A stretch of DNA of 23,338 bases from Thermodesulfobacteriota bacterium (lineage in GTDB: Bacteria; Desulfobacterota; Desulfobacteria; Desulfobacterales; SURF-7): the NCBI GenBank assembly GCA_049320885.1, contig JBMORA010000019.1, forward strand, positions 1 to 23,338. The letters are read 5' to 3'. This document shows, in pieces, positions 1-9,754 of the stretch. A program made the position numbers and the translations under genes. Numbering within the stretch: the first letter of the stretch is position 1; each line of letters starts with the position of its first letter. The notes below the pieces were generated by a model. That model saw nothing but the letters and a program-made list of their open reading frames with translations, was not told where the DNA came from and made no database searches.

Positions 1-44
1 GGGGTCGGGGGGGCTCGGGGGTCGGGGGGGGCTCGGGGGTCGGG
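1..44. repeat. Low-complexity G-run tandem repeat (GGGGGTC/GGGGGGGCTC units)
   Basis: Alternating G5-G8 runs separated by TC or CTC at the window edge; may be a real repeat or a contig-end artefact. Confidence 0.6.
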
Positions 45-296
45 CCACGGAAGATCCGCGCCAGTCAGGGATTTTACCTCAAAACAAGGCCGTTTTTTGA
101 CCCAATAACGATGTGTTGGGGGGGCAAAAAAGGGCATATACTAAGGCGATCATAATTCAGTAGATATCAGATTAAAGTATATGAGCAATCAGGATGACTG
201 AAAAAAGCCATGACAATCGAGGGCAGCTTTTGCAACCGTCGAAGTTGACCAATCACCATGGCTTTCAACTGGTCGGGACCAAAGAATTTCTTCCTT

Positions 297-347
297 ATGC
301 CGGGTGGTGTGGGAGGGGGTGACCGTGAGGTCACTCCCTATCCCGAT
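297..347 (+). mobile_element. Group II (IIC-like) intron 3' remnant: 3' strand of domain V plus domain VI
   Basis: ATGCCGGGTGGTGT resembles the 3' half of IIC domain V. It is followed by the hairpin GGGAGGGGGTGACC-GTGA-GGTCACTCCCTATCCC with a GNRA loop, a bulged A at 340 (8th nt from the end) and a terminal GAT (AY end). The 5' strand of domain V and any RT ORF are absent. Confidence 0.75.
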
Positions 348-362
348 CTGCATTTATAAGTT

Positions 363-629
363 TTAATGATGCAATTCAGAATCAATTCGTTCCGAAAGGA
401 AAATCTTTAATAGAGACTGGTATGGGACATCTCTTTTGTTGGCTAATAGCTTTAATTCTTCGATCATTGATTCCGGAAGACGTATCGATATCGTTTTCGT
501 TGAAGGTTTAAGCCGGGAAAAAACTACTTCTTCTGCATCAGACCAATCAAGATATTCTGAAGAATCATTATTTTGCCAAAAAAGGCGCTCCTGAGCCTCG
601 CTATCAAATTTTGGTATTTTCTTTTTCAT
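363..629 (-). CDS. brnA: BrnA/CopG-like RHH antitoxin
   Basis: 88 aa; 'IPKFDSEAQERLFW', 'TKTISIRLP' (RHH beta strand) and 'VPYQSLLK' are typical of this antitoxin family; ATGA overlap with the upstream toxin. Confidence 0.85.
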   Translation of the reverse strand: MKKKIPKFDSEAQERLFWQNNDSSEYLDWSDAEEVVFSRLKPSTKTISIRLPESMIEELKLLANKRDVPYQSLLKIFLSERIDSELHH

Positions 630-928
630 TTTCTATACCTTTCAATTTCCGGTTCGGTCATATCTCGCGCGGAAATCACTCTAATTTTTTCATTGCGAAC
701 TGTAAAAACTACAAAAAGCAAACGGTCCATATTTGTTCGACCTAAGGCATAATATCGATTTTCAAGCAAGGAATGCCCTTTGTCACGTTTTACAATTATT
801 GGTTTATTGAAAAATATCTGCTCGCATTCAATACTTAAAACGTCATGCCGTTCCCAATTTTTAGTGAGATTCCCTTGGTCCCACTCAAAACCAGTGCAGT
901 TCGCTAATATTTTATAGGCTTTAACCAT
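626..928 (-). CDS. brnT: BrnT (DUF497) ribonuclease toxin
   Basis: 100 aa with 'FEWD..N..KN..RH', 'ENRYYALG' and 'IRVISAR' motifs; toxin-first gene order typical of BrnTA. Confidence 0.9.
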   Translation of the reverse strand: MVKAYKILANCTGFEWDQGNLTKNWERHDVLSIECEQIFFNKPIIVKRDKGHSLLENRYYALGRTNMDRLLFVVFTVRNEKIRVISARDMTEPEIERYRK

Positions 929-934
929 GAATTT

Positions 935-964
935 TGTATATCATGAATATATACATTTAGTCAA
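935..964 (-). promoter_or_regulatory. sigma70-type promoter of brnTA overlapped by a palindromic operator
   Basis: Minus strand TTGACT (964-959)-N18-TATACA (940-935) with an extended -10 TG; perfect inverted repeat TGTATAT-N7-ATATACA at 935-955. Confidence 0.65.
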
Positions 965-1089
965 TCGCATTATTGCAGAATGCTCGAACTGTGTGGCAAA
1001 GCCGTAAATTATCCAAGAACAACAACAGTACCTGATTCCTCATAAAGATGAAATGATACCTCTAGTTTCCTATCGGTATTCCAAATCCA

Positions 1090-1118
1090 TTGACACCCCG
1101 TCAGTCTGGTGATATCAA
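1090..1118 (+). promoter_or_regulatory. Putative sigma70 promoter of the sigma54 activator gene
   Basis: TTGACA (1090-1095)-N17-TATCAA (1113-1118), preceded by TGn. Confidence 0.45.
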
Positions 1119-1213
1119 TCCTGATTTACAGGCTTTTCACGGAACAGCAAGGATGCCGGCGGCGGTACAGGGGCACGCCGGCAGAAGAATGACGCTTTTG
1201 GGAACCGGAGCCA

Positions 1214-2623
<1,410 letters not shown>

Positions 2624-2681
2624 AACCCGGAATGAGAATCCGTACAACAATGCGGTCAAGCCGGAAAGATTCGATCCTTCC

Positions 2682-3041
2682 TCAGTTGTTGCCCAACTGG
2701 TCCTGCAACCATGTTTTTACCTCGCCTTCCACGGCGTAAACCCCCTTGTTGTATCCCACGGATTCCAGAAAATTTCTTTCCATTTCCGGCGGCATGGATA
2801 TCCGGGCCAGTTCCACGGCCTCCGCCGAATTCCGGCGGATCAGGTAGATCACCGGCTTTTCCTCCCAGGTGTTCACGGCGAAATAATAGGCCACATCGTT
2901 CTTCGACCGGATCACATAGTTGCTCCGGGCCCAGTTGTTGCCCCATTCCAGGTACAGGGTCACCGCTTCCTCGGGAGTCATTTCCCAGTTGATGTTGTTT
3001 AACAATTCCATATCGTTGCGGATTTCCGTCAAACCGTTCAT
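2682..3041 (-). CDS. DVU0772-family protein (oxidative-stress associated, function unknown)
   Basis: 'WEMTPEEAVTLYLEWGNNW' and 'YFAVNTW..KP..YLIRRNS' recognised as this family; start moved to ATG 3041, which follows GGGAGG. Confidence 0.75.
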   Translation of the reverse strand: MNGLTEIRNDMELLNNINWEMTPEEAVTLYLEWGNNWARSNYVIRSKNDVAYYFAVNTWEEKPVIYLIRRNSAEAVELARISMPPEMERNFLESVGYNKGVYAVEGEVKTWLQDQLGNN

Positions 3042-3488
3042 GCGTCCTCCCTTGTTCATTGTAAAAACCCATCCCCGTTTTCACCGATACGCAATCATTG
3101 GTGTAATAAAGCAAAAAGCATGCAAGCGATGGGCGGCAAAGCGGGCGGATCTTGTCCCGGGATAGCGGAAGCCTGGATTATCGCTGGTTGGCGGCCCCCA
3201 CCGGATACCGCCGTGCCGGTTTCCGGACAAGCGTAGTGGACGTGTTGCCGGAGAGGGACCGGAAAAATTGTCTTCCGGCGCAGAGATGTATCGGGATGGA
3301 ATCTGAGACATTACGATAACCGTTTAAAATAAAGAGATAAAACAACATTCATGCTGATTCGGCTTTACTTTGGATCTTTTTTTCTCTACATAATGAAAGG
3401 CAATGGGCAGCAGGGGTGCCGGCGTAGCAATCACCAGTCCTCTCTTTGGATGCACGATAAACCGAAACCTGAAGGAAAGGAGAACACG

Positions 3489-3647
3489 ATGGATAAATAT
3501 GTATGTCAGATCTGCGGGTATGTGTACGATCCCGAGGCCGGCGATCCGGACAACGGCGTGGCGCCGGGAACCTCCTTCGAGAATCTGCCGGACGACTGGC
3601 AGTGTCCCATATGCGGGGCCTCGAAAGACGATTTCGTCAAGGAATAG
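3489..3647 (+). CDS. rub: Rubredoxin
   Basis: 52 aa; CxxCGYVYDP...LPDDWxCPxCG; AAGGAG RBS before ATG 3489. Confidence 0.97.
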   Translation: MDKYVCQICGYVYDPEAGDPDNGVAPGTSFENLPDDWQCPICGASKDDFVKE

Positions 3648-3760
3648 TTCGTGCAAGGTCGCGGCGCGGTCTGTTCGCCGCGCCTTCCCCCGGCCGACCG
3701 CCGTCGCGGTATCGGCCGGCGGGAGACAACCCTATGGATTCAGAATGACAAGGAAGGTGC

Positions 3761-4954
3761 ATGAAACCGATAGAAATTGCCAAGGGAATCTACGATGTGG
3801 GAGTAACAGATTGGAATATCCGGGATTTTCATGGATACTCCACCGACATGGGTACCACCTACAACGCTTTTTTATTGCTGGATGAGAAAATCACCCTGGT
3901 GGACACGGTGAAAAAGGAATTCAGCGATCAACTGCTGCAGAATATCGAACAGGTCATCGATCCGAAACAGATCGATCTGGTCATCAGCAACCATACGGAA
4001 ATGGACCATTCCGGCGCCCTTCCCCGGGTGATGCAGCGCATCGGCCGGGAAAAACCGGTTTATTGCTCCAAAATGGGCCTCAAGAACCTCGGCCTGCATT
4101 TCGGCAACGAATGGAATTACCGCGCGGTGGAAAACGGCGAGACGCTGAGCATCGGCCGGCGGACGCTCCAGTTCCTGGAAACCCGGATGCTCCACTGGCC
4201 GGACAGCATGTTCACGTATGTGCCGGAAGACAAGATCCTGTTTTCCAGCGACGCTTTCGGGCAGCATTACGCCGGTCCGGAAAAATTCGATGATCGTCTC
4301 GATGCGACCATCCTGCATCAGGCCAAGAAGTACTACGCCAACATCCTGCTGCTGTATTCCGCCAAAACCCAGAAACTGCTGGAAAAGGTGTCCGAGATGG
4401 GGCTGGAGATCCGGATGATCTGCCCGGATCATGGCATCATCTGGCGCAAGAACCCGGCGGCCATCATCCAGGCCTATGTCGACTGGAGCGCCCAGAAACC
4501 GGCCAAAAAAGCCATCGTGATCTATGACACCATGTGGCAGAGCACGGAAAAGATGGCGGCGGCCATTGGGCAGGGCATCAAGGAACATGGGGTGGACGTG
4601 AAACCGCTGCACCTGCGCAGAAACCATCGCAGCGACATCATGACCGACGTCCTGGACGCCAAAGCCATCGTCGTCGGTTCGCCCACGCTGAACAACTGCC
4701 TGTTCCCGACCATCAGTGATTTTCTGACCTATATGAAGGGCCTGAAACCGCGGAACAAAGTCGCCGCCGCCTTCGGGTCCTACGGCTGGAGCGGCGAGGC
4801 GGTGAAAATGATCAACCAGGAGCTGGAGGCCATGGAGTTCCGGCTCATCGATCCGGGATGCCGGATCCAGTATGTTCCGGATCCGGCGGGGATCGAGGCC
4901 TGCCTGGAGCTGGGCCGCAGGATCGGCGCCGCGGTGGTCTCCGAGGAAGCCTGA
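3761..4954 (+). CDS. fprA: Flavodiiron protein FprA / rubredoxin:oxygen oxidoreductase
   Basis: GTTYNA, HTEMDH, LHWPDSM, SDAFGQH, PDHG diiron motifs; flavodoxin domain with GSPTLN and FGSYGWSGE. Confidence 0.95.
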   Translation: MKPIEIAKGIYDVGVTDWNIRDFHGYSTDMGTTYNAFLLLDEKITLVDTVKKEFSDQLLQNIEQVIDPKQIDLVISNHTEMDHSGALPRVMQRIGREKPVYCSKMGLKNLGLHFGNEWNYRAVENGETLSIGRRTLQFLETRMLHWPDSMFTYVPEDKILFSSDAFGQHYAGPEKFDDRLDATILHQAKKYYANILLLYSAKTQKLLEKVSEMGLEIRMICPDHGIIWRKNPAAIIQAYVDWSAQKPAKKAIVIYDTMWQSTEKMAAAIGQGIKEHGVDVKPLHLRRNHRSDIMTDVLDAKAIVVGSPTLNNCLFPTISDFLTYMKGLKPRNKVAAAFGSYGWSGEAVKMINQELEAMEFRLIDPGCRIQYVPDPAGIEACLELGRRIGAAVVSEEA

Positions 4955-4965
4955 AAACATCCAAT

Positions 4966-5044
4966 CACCACCCACTGCGTCCGAGGCAGGGAGAACAAGG
5001 AGCAAACCTTCCCGGTCTCCCCAACTCGAGCGTGGCGGGTGGTG
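4966..5044. repeat. Intergenic long imperfect palindrome (REP-like)
   Basis: CACCACCC/GGGTGGTG outer stem, GGGAGA/TCTCCC and AAGG/CCTT inner stems; 5029-5043 matches 19850-19864 at 14/15 nt. Confidence 0.6.
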
Positions 5045-5076
5045 GAACAATCAAGATACGGGAAGTCGGGGGTTGA

Positions 5077-5286
5077 ATGGCCGAATCGGTGGCGTCAAAA
5101 GTTCCGGTGGTGGATCTCGATGAATGCATCCTCTGCGGGGTCTGCGTCGAGGTCTGTCCGGCGGTTTTCCGGGAAAACGATGCCGGGTACATCGAAGTGG
5201 CGGAGCTGGCCGAATATCCCGAGGCGGAAGTCGACGAGGCCGCGAAAAATTGTCCCAGGGACTGCATTCGCTGGGAAGACCGGTAG
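5077..5286 (+). CDS. Single-cluster [4Fe-4S]/[3Fe-4S] ferredoxin
   Basis: CILCGVCVEVCP plus distal CPRDCI; acidic, 69 aa. Confidence 0.9.
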   Translation: MAESVASKVPVVDLDECILCGVCVEVCPAVFRENDAGYIEVAELAEYPEAEVDEAAKNCPRDCIRWEDR

Positions 5287-5298
5287 GAAAGACACGGC

Positions 5299-5976
5299 TT
5301 GAAAACAGGCGCCGGAACATACCGCCGGCAGGTGGAAGCGAGCCTGCGCCGGCCCGGACTGGATGCCGTGGTGACGGACATGCTGCGGCTGGACGCCCGC
5401 AAAACCGTCGCCGCCCTCCTGTCGCTGCTCTGCCACCGGGAGGAGCTCCTTCGCTGGCGGGCGGTATCCGCCTTGGGGGCGGTGGTGGCCGCCCTGGCGG
5501 ACCGGGAGATGGAGGCCGCCAGGATCGTCATGCGGCGCTTCATGTGGTCCCTGAACGACGAGTCGGGCGGGATCGGCTGGGGAATTCCGGAATCCATGGG
5601 GGAGACCATGGCCAGGCAGGAAACCCTGGCCCGGGAATACCATCGCATCCTGATCTCCTACCTCCGGCCGGACGGCAATTTCATCGAATATGAAATGCTT
5701 CAGCGCGGCGTGTTGTGGGGTGTCGGGCGTCTGGCTCAGACCAGGGCCCATCTGCTCACGGATGCAGGGGAGCTGCTGCTGCCGTATTTCCGCTCGGCGG
5801 ATCCGGTCTGCCGGGGCCTTTCGGCCTGGGCCGCCGGAATGGTCGGGCCGGACGAAATCCGGCGATCCGCCGGAATACTTGCGGCAGACCACGCCGAGGT
5901 GAAACTCTATCTGGACGGCGAGCTGCGCCATCTGACCGTGGCCCGGCTGGCGGCGTCAGGAGGGACGGGCATATGA
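5299..5976 (+). CDS. DVU0298-family / HEAT-repeat-like protein
   Basis: 'MRRFMWSLNDESGGIGWGIPESMGE' signature; stop overlaps the next ATG; TTG start uncertain. Confidence 0.75.
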   Translation: MKTGAGTYRRQVEASLRRPGLDAVVTDMLRLDARKTVAALLSLLCHREELLRWRAVSALGAVVAALADREMEAARIVMRRFMWSLNDESGGIGWGIPESMGETMARQETLAREYHRILISYLRPDGNFIEYEMLQRGVLWGVGRLAQTRAHLLTDAGELLLPYFRSADPVCRGLSAWAAGMVGPDEIRRSAGILAADHAEVKLYLDGELRHLTVARLAASGGTGI

Positions 5977-7064
5977 ATATCGTTGCGCTGGTGCCTTCGC
6001 CCGATGCGATTCCGGTTCATTGGGGCTGGCTCCGGATTTTCCATCTGGCCACTTTTTTTCTCCATCTGCTGTGCATGAATGTGATGCTGGGCGGCAGCCT
6101 GATCGCCTGTTTCGAGGTTCTCGGCAATCCATCGGCGAAGCCCGGCGAAGGGGAATACCGGCGGACCCTGTTCCAGCACCTGCCGTTTGCCGCGGCCTTT
6201 GCCGTCAACGCCGGCGTGGCCCCGCTTCTGTTTCTCCAGACGCTTTACGGCAATCTGATATACACCAGCTCCATACTCATGGGCGCGTACTGGCTGTCGG
6301 TCATCGGGGCCCTGCTGATCGCCTACTACGGTGCCTATTTCCTGAAATACCGGTACGACGCCCTGGGGGCCTTGCGCTTGTTCCCGGCGATCCTGGTTCC
6401 CCTGCTGCTATTGTATATCGCCTTCGTGTTCACCAGCAACATGGCCCTGATGCAGCAACCGGCGGCCTGGGACGCCTATTTTACCAACCCCGGCGGGACG
6501 ATGCTGCCGGTATCCGATCCGACACTGCCGCCGCGGTTTTTCCATTTCGTTACCGCTTCCGTGGCCGTGGCCGGCTTGTTCACGGCCGCCTTCTGGTCCC
6601 TTGGAAAACGCAAGGCGACGGCGGCGGCGGAACGCCACGTCCGGCGGGGGATGCGCTATTATATCGGCGCAACCTGGGTGCAGATGGCCGTGGGGTTGTG
6701 GTTGCTGTGGAAACATCCCGGACCCGTCCGCGGTTTGATGCTGGGCGGTGATCCGCTTGTCACCGCCCTGTTGGTATTCGGCCTGCTCAGCGGGTTTGCG
6801 GGCATCGTCCTGGCATGGAAACGCCGGGTATGGGCAACGGTTTGGGTCACCCTGGCGTCCGTCGGGTTCATGGTCGGGTTGCGGGAAGCGGTGCGCACGG
6901 CTTACCTTGCGCCGTATTTCACGCTGGATTCCATTCCGGTTCAGCCCCAGTACGGCCCCCTGGCGGTCTTTATCCTGGCCCTCGCGGCGGGGGCCGCGGC
7001 CATCATCCATATGCTTCGTCTGAACTCCGGAACATCTTCCGGGAGAATGGACACGGAACCATGA
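5973..7064 (+). CDS. CydA-fold integral membrane protein (CydA'-like second subunit of a non-canonical cytochrome bd)
   Basis: 363 aa, about 9 hydrophobic segments; 'TFFLHLL..N..LGG', 'PRFFHFV.AS.AVAG' and 'LREAVR' parallel CydA helices I, V and VIII; ATGA overlaps at both ends, AGGAGGG upstream. Confidence 0.75.
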   Translation: MNIVALVPSPDAIPVHWGWLRIFHLATFFLHLLCMNVMLGGSLIACFEVLGNPSAKPGEGEYRRTLFQHLPFAAAFAVNAGVAPLLFLQTLYGNLIYTSSILMGAYWLSVIGALLIAYYGAYFLKYRYDALGALRLFPAILVPLLLLYIAFVFTSNMALMQQPAAWDAYFTNPGGTMLPVSDPTLPPRFFHFVTASVAVAGLFTAAFWSLGKRKATAAAERHVRRGMRYYIGATWVQMAVGLWLLWKHPGPVRGLMLGGDPLVTALLVFGLLSGFAGIVLAWKRRVWATVWVTLASVGFMVGLREAVRTAYLAPYFTLDSIPVQPQYGPLAVFILALAAGAAAIIHMLRLNSGTSSGRMDTEP

Positions 7065-9736
7065 ACGCGACCTGGTTGATTCAGTATCCGGTCTGGGACC
7101 TGGGCGTTTTCGGCGGCGGGTTGCTCATCGCCCTGGTGGCGACCGTCCATGTCTATGTTTCCCATTTCGCCGTGGGCGGAGGGTTTTTTCTGGTCCTGAC
7201 CGAACGCAAGGCCGTCCGGGAAAACTCCCAACCCCTGATGGACTATGTCCACCGCCACACCCGGTTTTTCCTCCTGCTGACCATGGTGTTCGGCGCCCTG
7301 ACCGGCGTGGGCATCTGGTTCACCATCTCCCTGCTGAACCCCACCGCCACCAGCCGGCTGATCCATATCTTCGTTTTTGCCTTCGCCACCGAATGGGTCT
7401 TTTTCCTGTGCGAGATCATCGCGTTGTTCATTTATTACCATCGCTTCGACAGCATGGAACGGAGCCGGCACCTGCGCATCGGCTGGCTGTACGCCCTGTT
7501 CGCCTTCCTGTCCCTGTTTGTCATCAACGGCATTGTCGCATTCATGCTGACCCCGGGGAAATGGCTCCACAGCGGGGATTTCTGGCATGGTTTCTTCAAC
7601 CCGACCTTCTGGCCGGCGCTGTTTTTCCGGACCTTCATGGCCTTGATGCTGGCCGGGATTTTCGGGCTCGTCACCGCGGTGTTCATCCGGCAGGAGGAGC
7701 TGCGCGCGACCCTGGTGCGGTACTGCGCCAAATGGCTGCTGCTGCCCTTCCCGGGGCTGGTGCTTTCGGCCTGGGGCTACATTGCCGTGTTGCCGGAACA
7801 ACAGGTTGCCATGATTTTCCAGCGTTCTCCGGAAATCCTGCCGTTTCTGAAATCCTTCGGGGTGATCGGCGGCCTGCTGTTCCTTGCGGGCTGTCTGGGG
7901 CTGACCCGGTTTGCCTCCCAACGCTGCCGGAAGATCCTTGCCTTCGGGTTGCTCCTGTTGGGGTTCGGTTTCATGGGCTCGTTCGAATGGATTCGGGAAG
8001 CCGGGCGCCGGCCGTTTATCCTGTATGGCCTTGCCTATTCGAATGCGGTGCTGGCCGAAGATCTGGAAGTCTTGTCGCAACAGGGGATTCTGGCCTCCAC
8101 CCGCTGGGCCCGATACCGGACCATCGGCAAAGACAACGAAATGGAAGCCGGCCGGGAGCTGTTTGCTTTCATGTGCGCCGGCTGCCATTCCATCGGCGGG
8201 CCCATGAACGACATCAAGGCCCTGACCCGGGATATCCCGGTTACGGGGCTGACGGCCATGCTGGCCGGCATGGGCAGGATCAACGACTATATGCCGCCGT
8301 TTCCCGGAACCGCTGCAGAGCGACAGGCCCTGGCGACGTATATCGCGGCGGGGCTGAACGGGAATGCCGAACCCCATGCCGGGGTGATGCCGGCGAAGGA
8401 GCGCGCCTTTGATCAGCCCCGCTTCGACGCCGGAAAGGATGCCCATGTGCTGCTGGCCTGGTGCGATCAGGGGGTGCAACTGTTGACGGATGCGGATGGT
8501 TTCTTCCGCCTGGCCGCACCGGGAGTGGACATCCACGCCCAGTTGATCCGGCGCGGGGAAACCCCGGAGATCGTCACCGAAGGCGCGGAGGTGACCTACC
8601 GGATCGAAGACGGCTTCCAGCAGCCGGCGGAGCGGGTCGATTATTGGCGTTTCGCCAGGACATCGGCTGGAAAGCCGCTGCCGCCGAACACCGGAGCGGC
8701 CGGTAAAACCGTCGCCGGCCGGATGGACATCCTGGAGGAAAGCACGGGATTCATCGCCCGGAAGGTTCCGGTGGTGCCCTACACCTCGTCCGGGGAGTTT
8801 CACCCATACCCGCTGATCACCGTCGAAGCCAGGGACAGCGACGACGGAAAGCTGCTGGCCGCGACCCGGTTCACGGCCGCCGTGTCCACGGAGCTGGGAT
8901 GCCGGCGCTGCCATGGTGGACCCTGGCGTTTCCAAAACACAACCGGCATTTCGGATCAAACCGCCCGCCATATTCTGTCCGTCCATGATCGCAGCAACCG
9001 CACCGATCTGTCCTCCCGGGCCGCCCGGGGGGCTCCCCCCTCCTGTCACGACTGTCATCCCTCCGGACAAGGCGCCGGAGACGGCCGGGGGGACCTCCTC
9101 AATCTTTCAGCGGCCATCCACGGGTTCCATGCCAATTACATGACCGGTGGTGATGCGGCCGACTCCTGCATGATCTGCCATCCGGATTCCCCGGAGGGCT
9201 TCACCCGCGGGTTCCGGGGGATCCACCATGCCCTGGGAATGGACTGCGGCAATTGTCATGGGCGCATGGAAGAGCATGCCGTCAGCCTGCTGCTGCCGGA
9301 ACTGGACGCCGCCAAAAAAGGCGCCTACCGGTTGATGAAACACTTGACGTCGGAAAATACCGGCGATATGAATGGGATAGCCGCGAGGAGACCCTGGGTC
9401 AACGAGCCGGATTGTCTGAACTGCCACCAGGATTTTCAGCCTCCGGAGACGGATCAGGCGGGACTCGATCAGTGGACCAAGGAAGAGGGCCTGCTTTTCC
9501 GTGCGCGAACCGATGAGGTCGGCCTGCGGTGTCCGGCCTGCCATGGGATCACCCACGCCGTTTACCCGGCCACGAATATTTTCGGGCAGGACCGCGACAA
9601 CATTCAACCGGTGCAGTATCAGGGCGAGCCGTATCCCATCGGCTCCAACCGGAATTGCAAGGTTTGTCATACAATCGATATGACGGAGGAAATTCATCAT
9701 CCGAACATGCTGGGGTTGTTCCGTAACACCCGGTAA
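7061..9736 (+). CDS. Cytochrome bd subunit I-like protein fused to c-type cytochrome domains (8 CxxCH)
   Basis: 891 aa. N-terminal CydA fold ('VHVYVSHFAVGG', 'GALTGVGIW', 'TEWVFFLCE', 'FFNPT', 'EWIREAGRRPF'), then CAGCH...MPPF, CRRCH, CHDCH, CMICH, CGNCH, CLNCH, CPACH, CKVCH. Start at ATG 7061 overlapping the upstream TGA. Confidence 0.9.
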   Translation: MNATWLIQYPVWDLGVFGGGLLIALVATVHVYVSHFAVGGGFFLVLTERKAVRENSQPLMDYVHRHTRFFLLLTMVFGALTGVGIWFTISLLNPTATSRLIHIFVFAFATEWVFFLCEIIALFIYYHRFDSMERSRHLRIGWLYALFAFLSLFVINGIVAFMLTPGKWLHSGDFWHGFFNPTFWPALFFRTFMALMLAGIFGLVTAVFIRQEELRATLVRYCAKWLLLPFPGLVLSAWGYIAVLPEQQVAMIFQRSPEILPFLKSFGVIGGLLFLAGCLGLTRFASQRCRKILAFGLLLLGFGFMGSFEWIREAGRRPFILYGLAYSNAVLAEDLEVLSQQGILASTRWARYRTIGKDNEMEAGRELFAFMCAGCHSIGGPMNDIKALTRDIPVTGLTAMLAGMGRINDYMPPFPGTAAERQALATYIAAGLNGNAEPHAGVMPAKERAFDQPRFDAGKDAHVLLAWCDQGVQLLTDADGFFRLAAPGVDIHAQLIRRGETPEIVTEGAEVTYRIEDGFQQPAERVDYWRFARTSAGKPLPPNTGAAGKTVAGRMDILEESTGFIARKVPVVPYTSSGEFHPYPLITVEARDSDDGKLLAATRFTAAVSTELGCRRCHGGPWRFQNTTGISDQTARHILSVHDRSNRTDLSSRAARGAPPSCHDCHPSGQGAGDGRGDLLNLSAAIHGFHANYMTGGDAADSCMICHPDSPEGFTRGFRGIHHALGMDCGNCHGRMEEHAVSLLLPELDAAKKGAYRLMKHLTSENTGDMNGIAARRPWVNEPDCLNCHQDFQPPETDQAGLDQWTKEEGLLFRARTDEVGLRCPACHGITHAVYPATNIFGQDRDNIQPVQYQGEPYPIGSNRNCKVCHTIDMTEEIHHPNMLGLFRNTR

Positions 9737-9754
9737 CACGACAAGGTGAGCGCG

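Noticed and set aside
1..44. G-quadruplex with a biological role
   Set aside because: G-runs at the window edge may be an assembly or sequencing artefact; there is no supporting context.
3110..3126. sigma54 promoter as a firm feature
   Set aside because: The invariant -24 GG reads TG; kept only as a weak lead.
3398..3480. Fluoride-riboswitch-like start (GGCAATGG) upstream of rubredoxin
   Set aside because: P1 spacing is wrong, the downstream CTGATG/pseudoknot is missing, and the context does not fit.
3872..5050. 392-aa minus-strand ORF
   Set aside because: Antisense shadow of fprA.
6815..7060. N-terminal extensions in the ORF track (also 5715-5972, 3351-3488, 18928-19167)
   Set aside because: Better starts with RBS or ATGA coupling lie downstream; the extensions overlap other genes or regulatory DNA.
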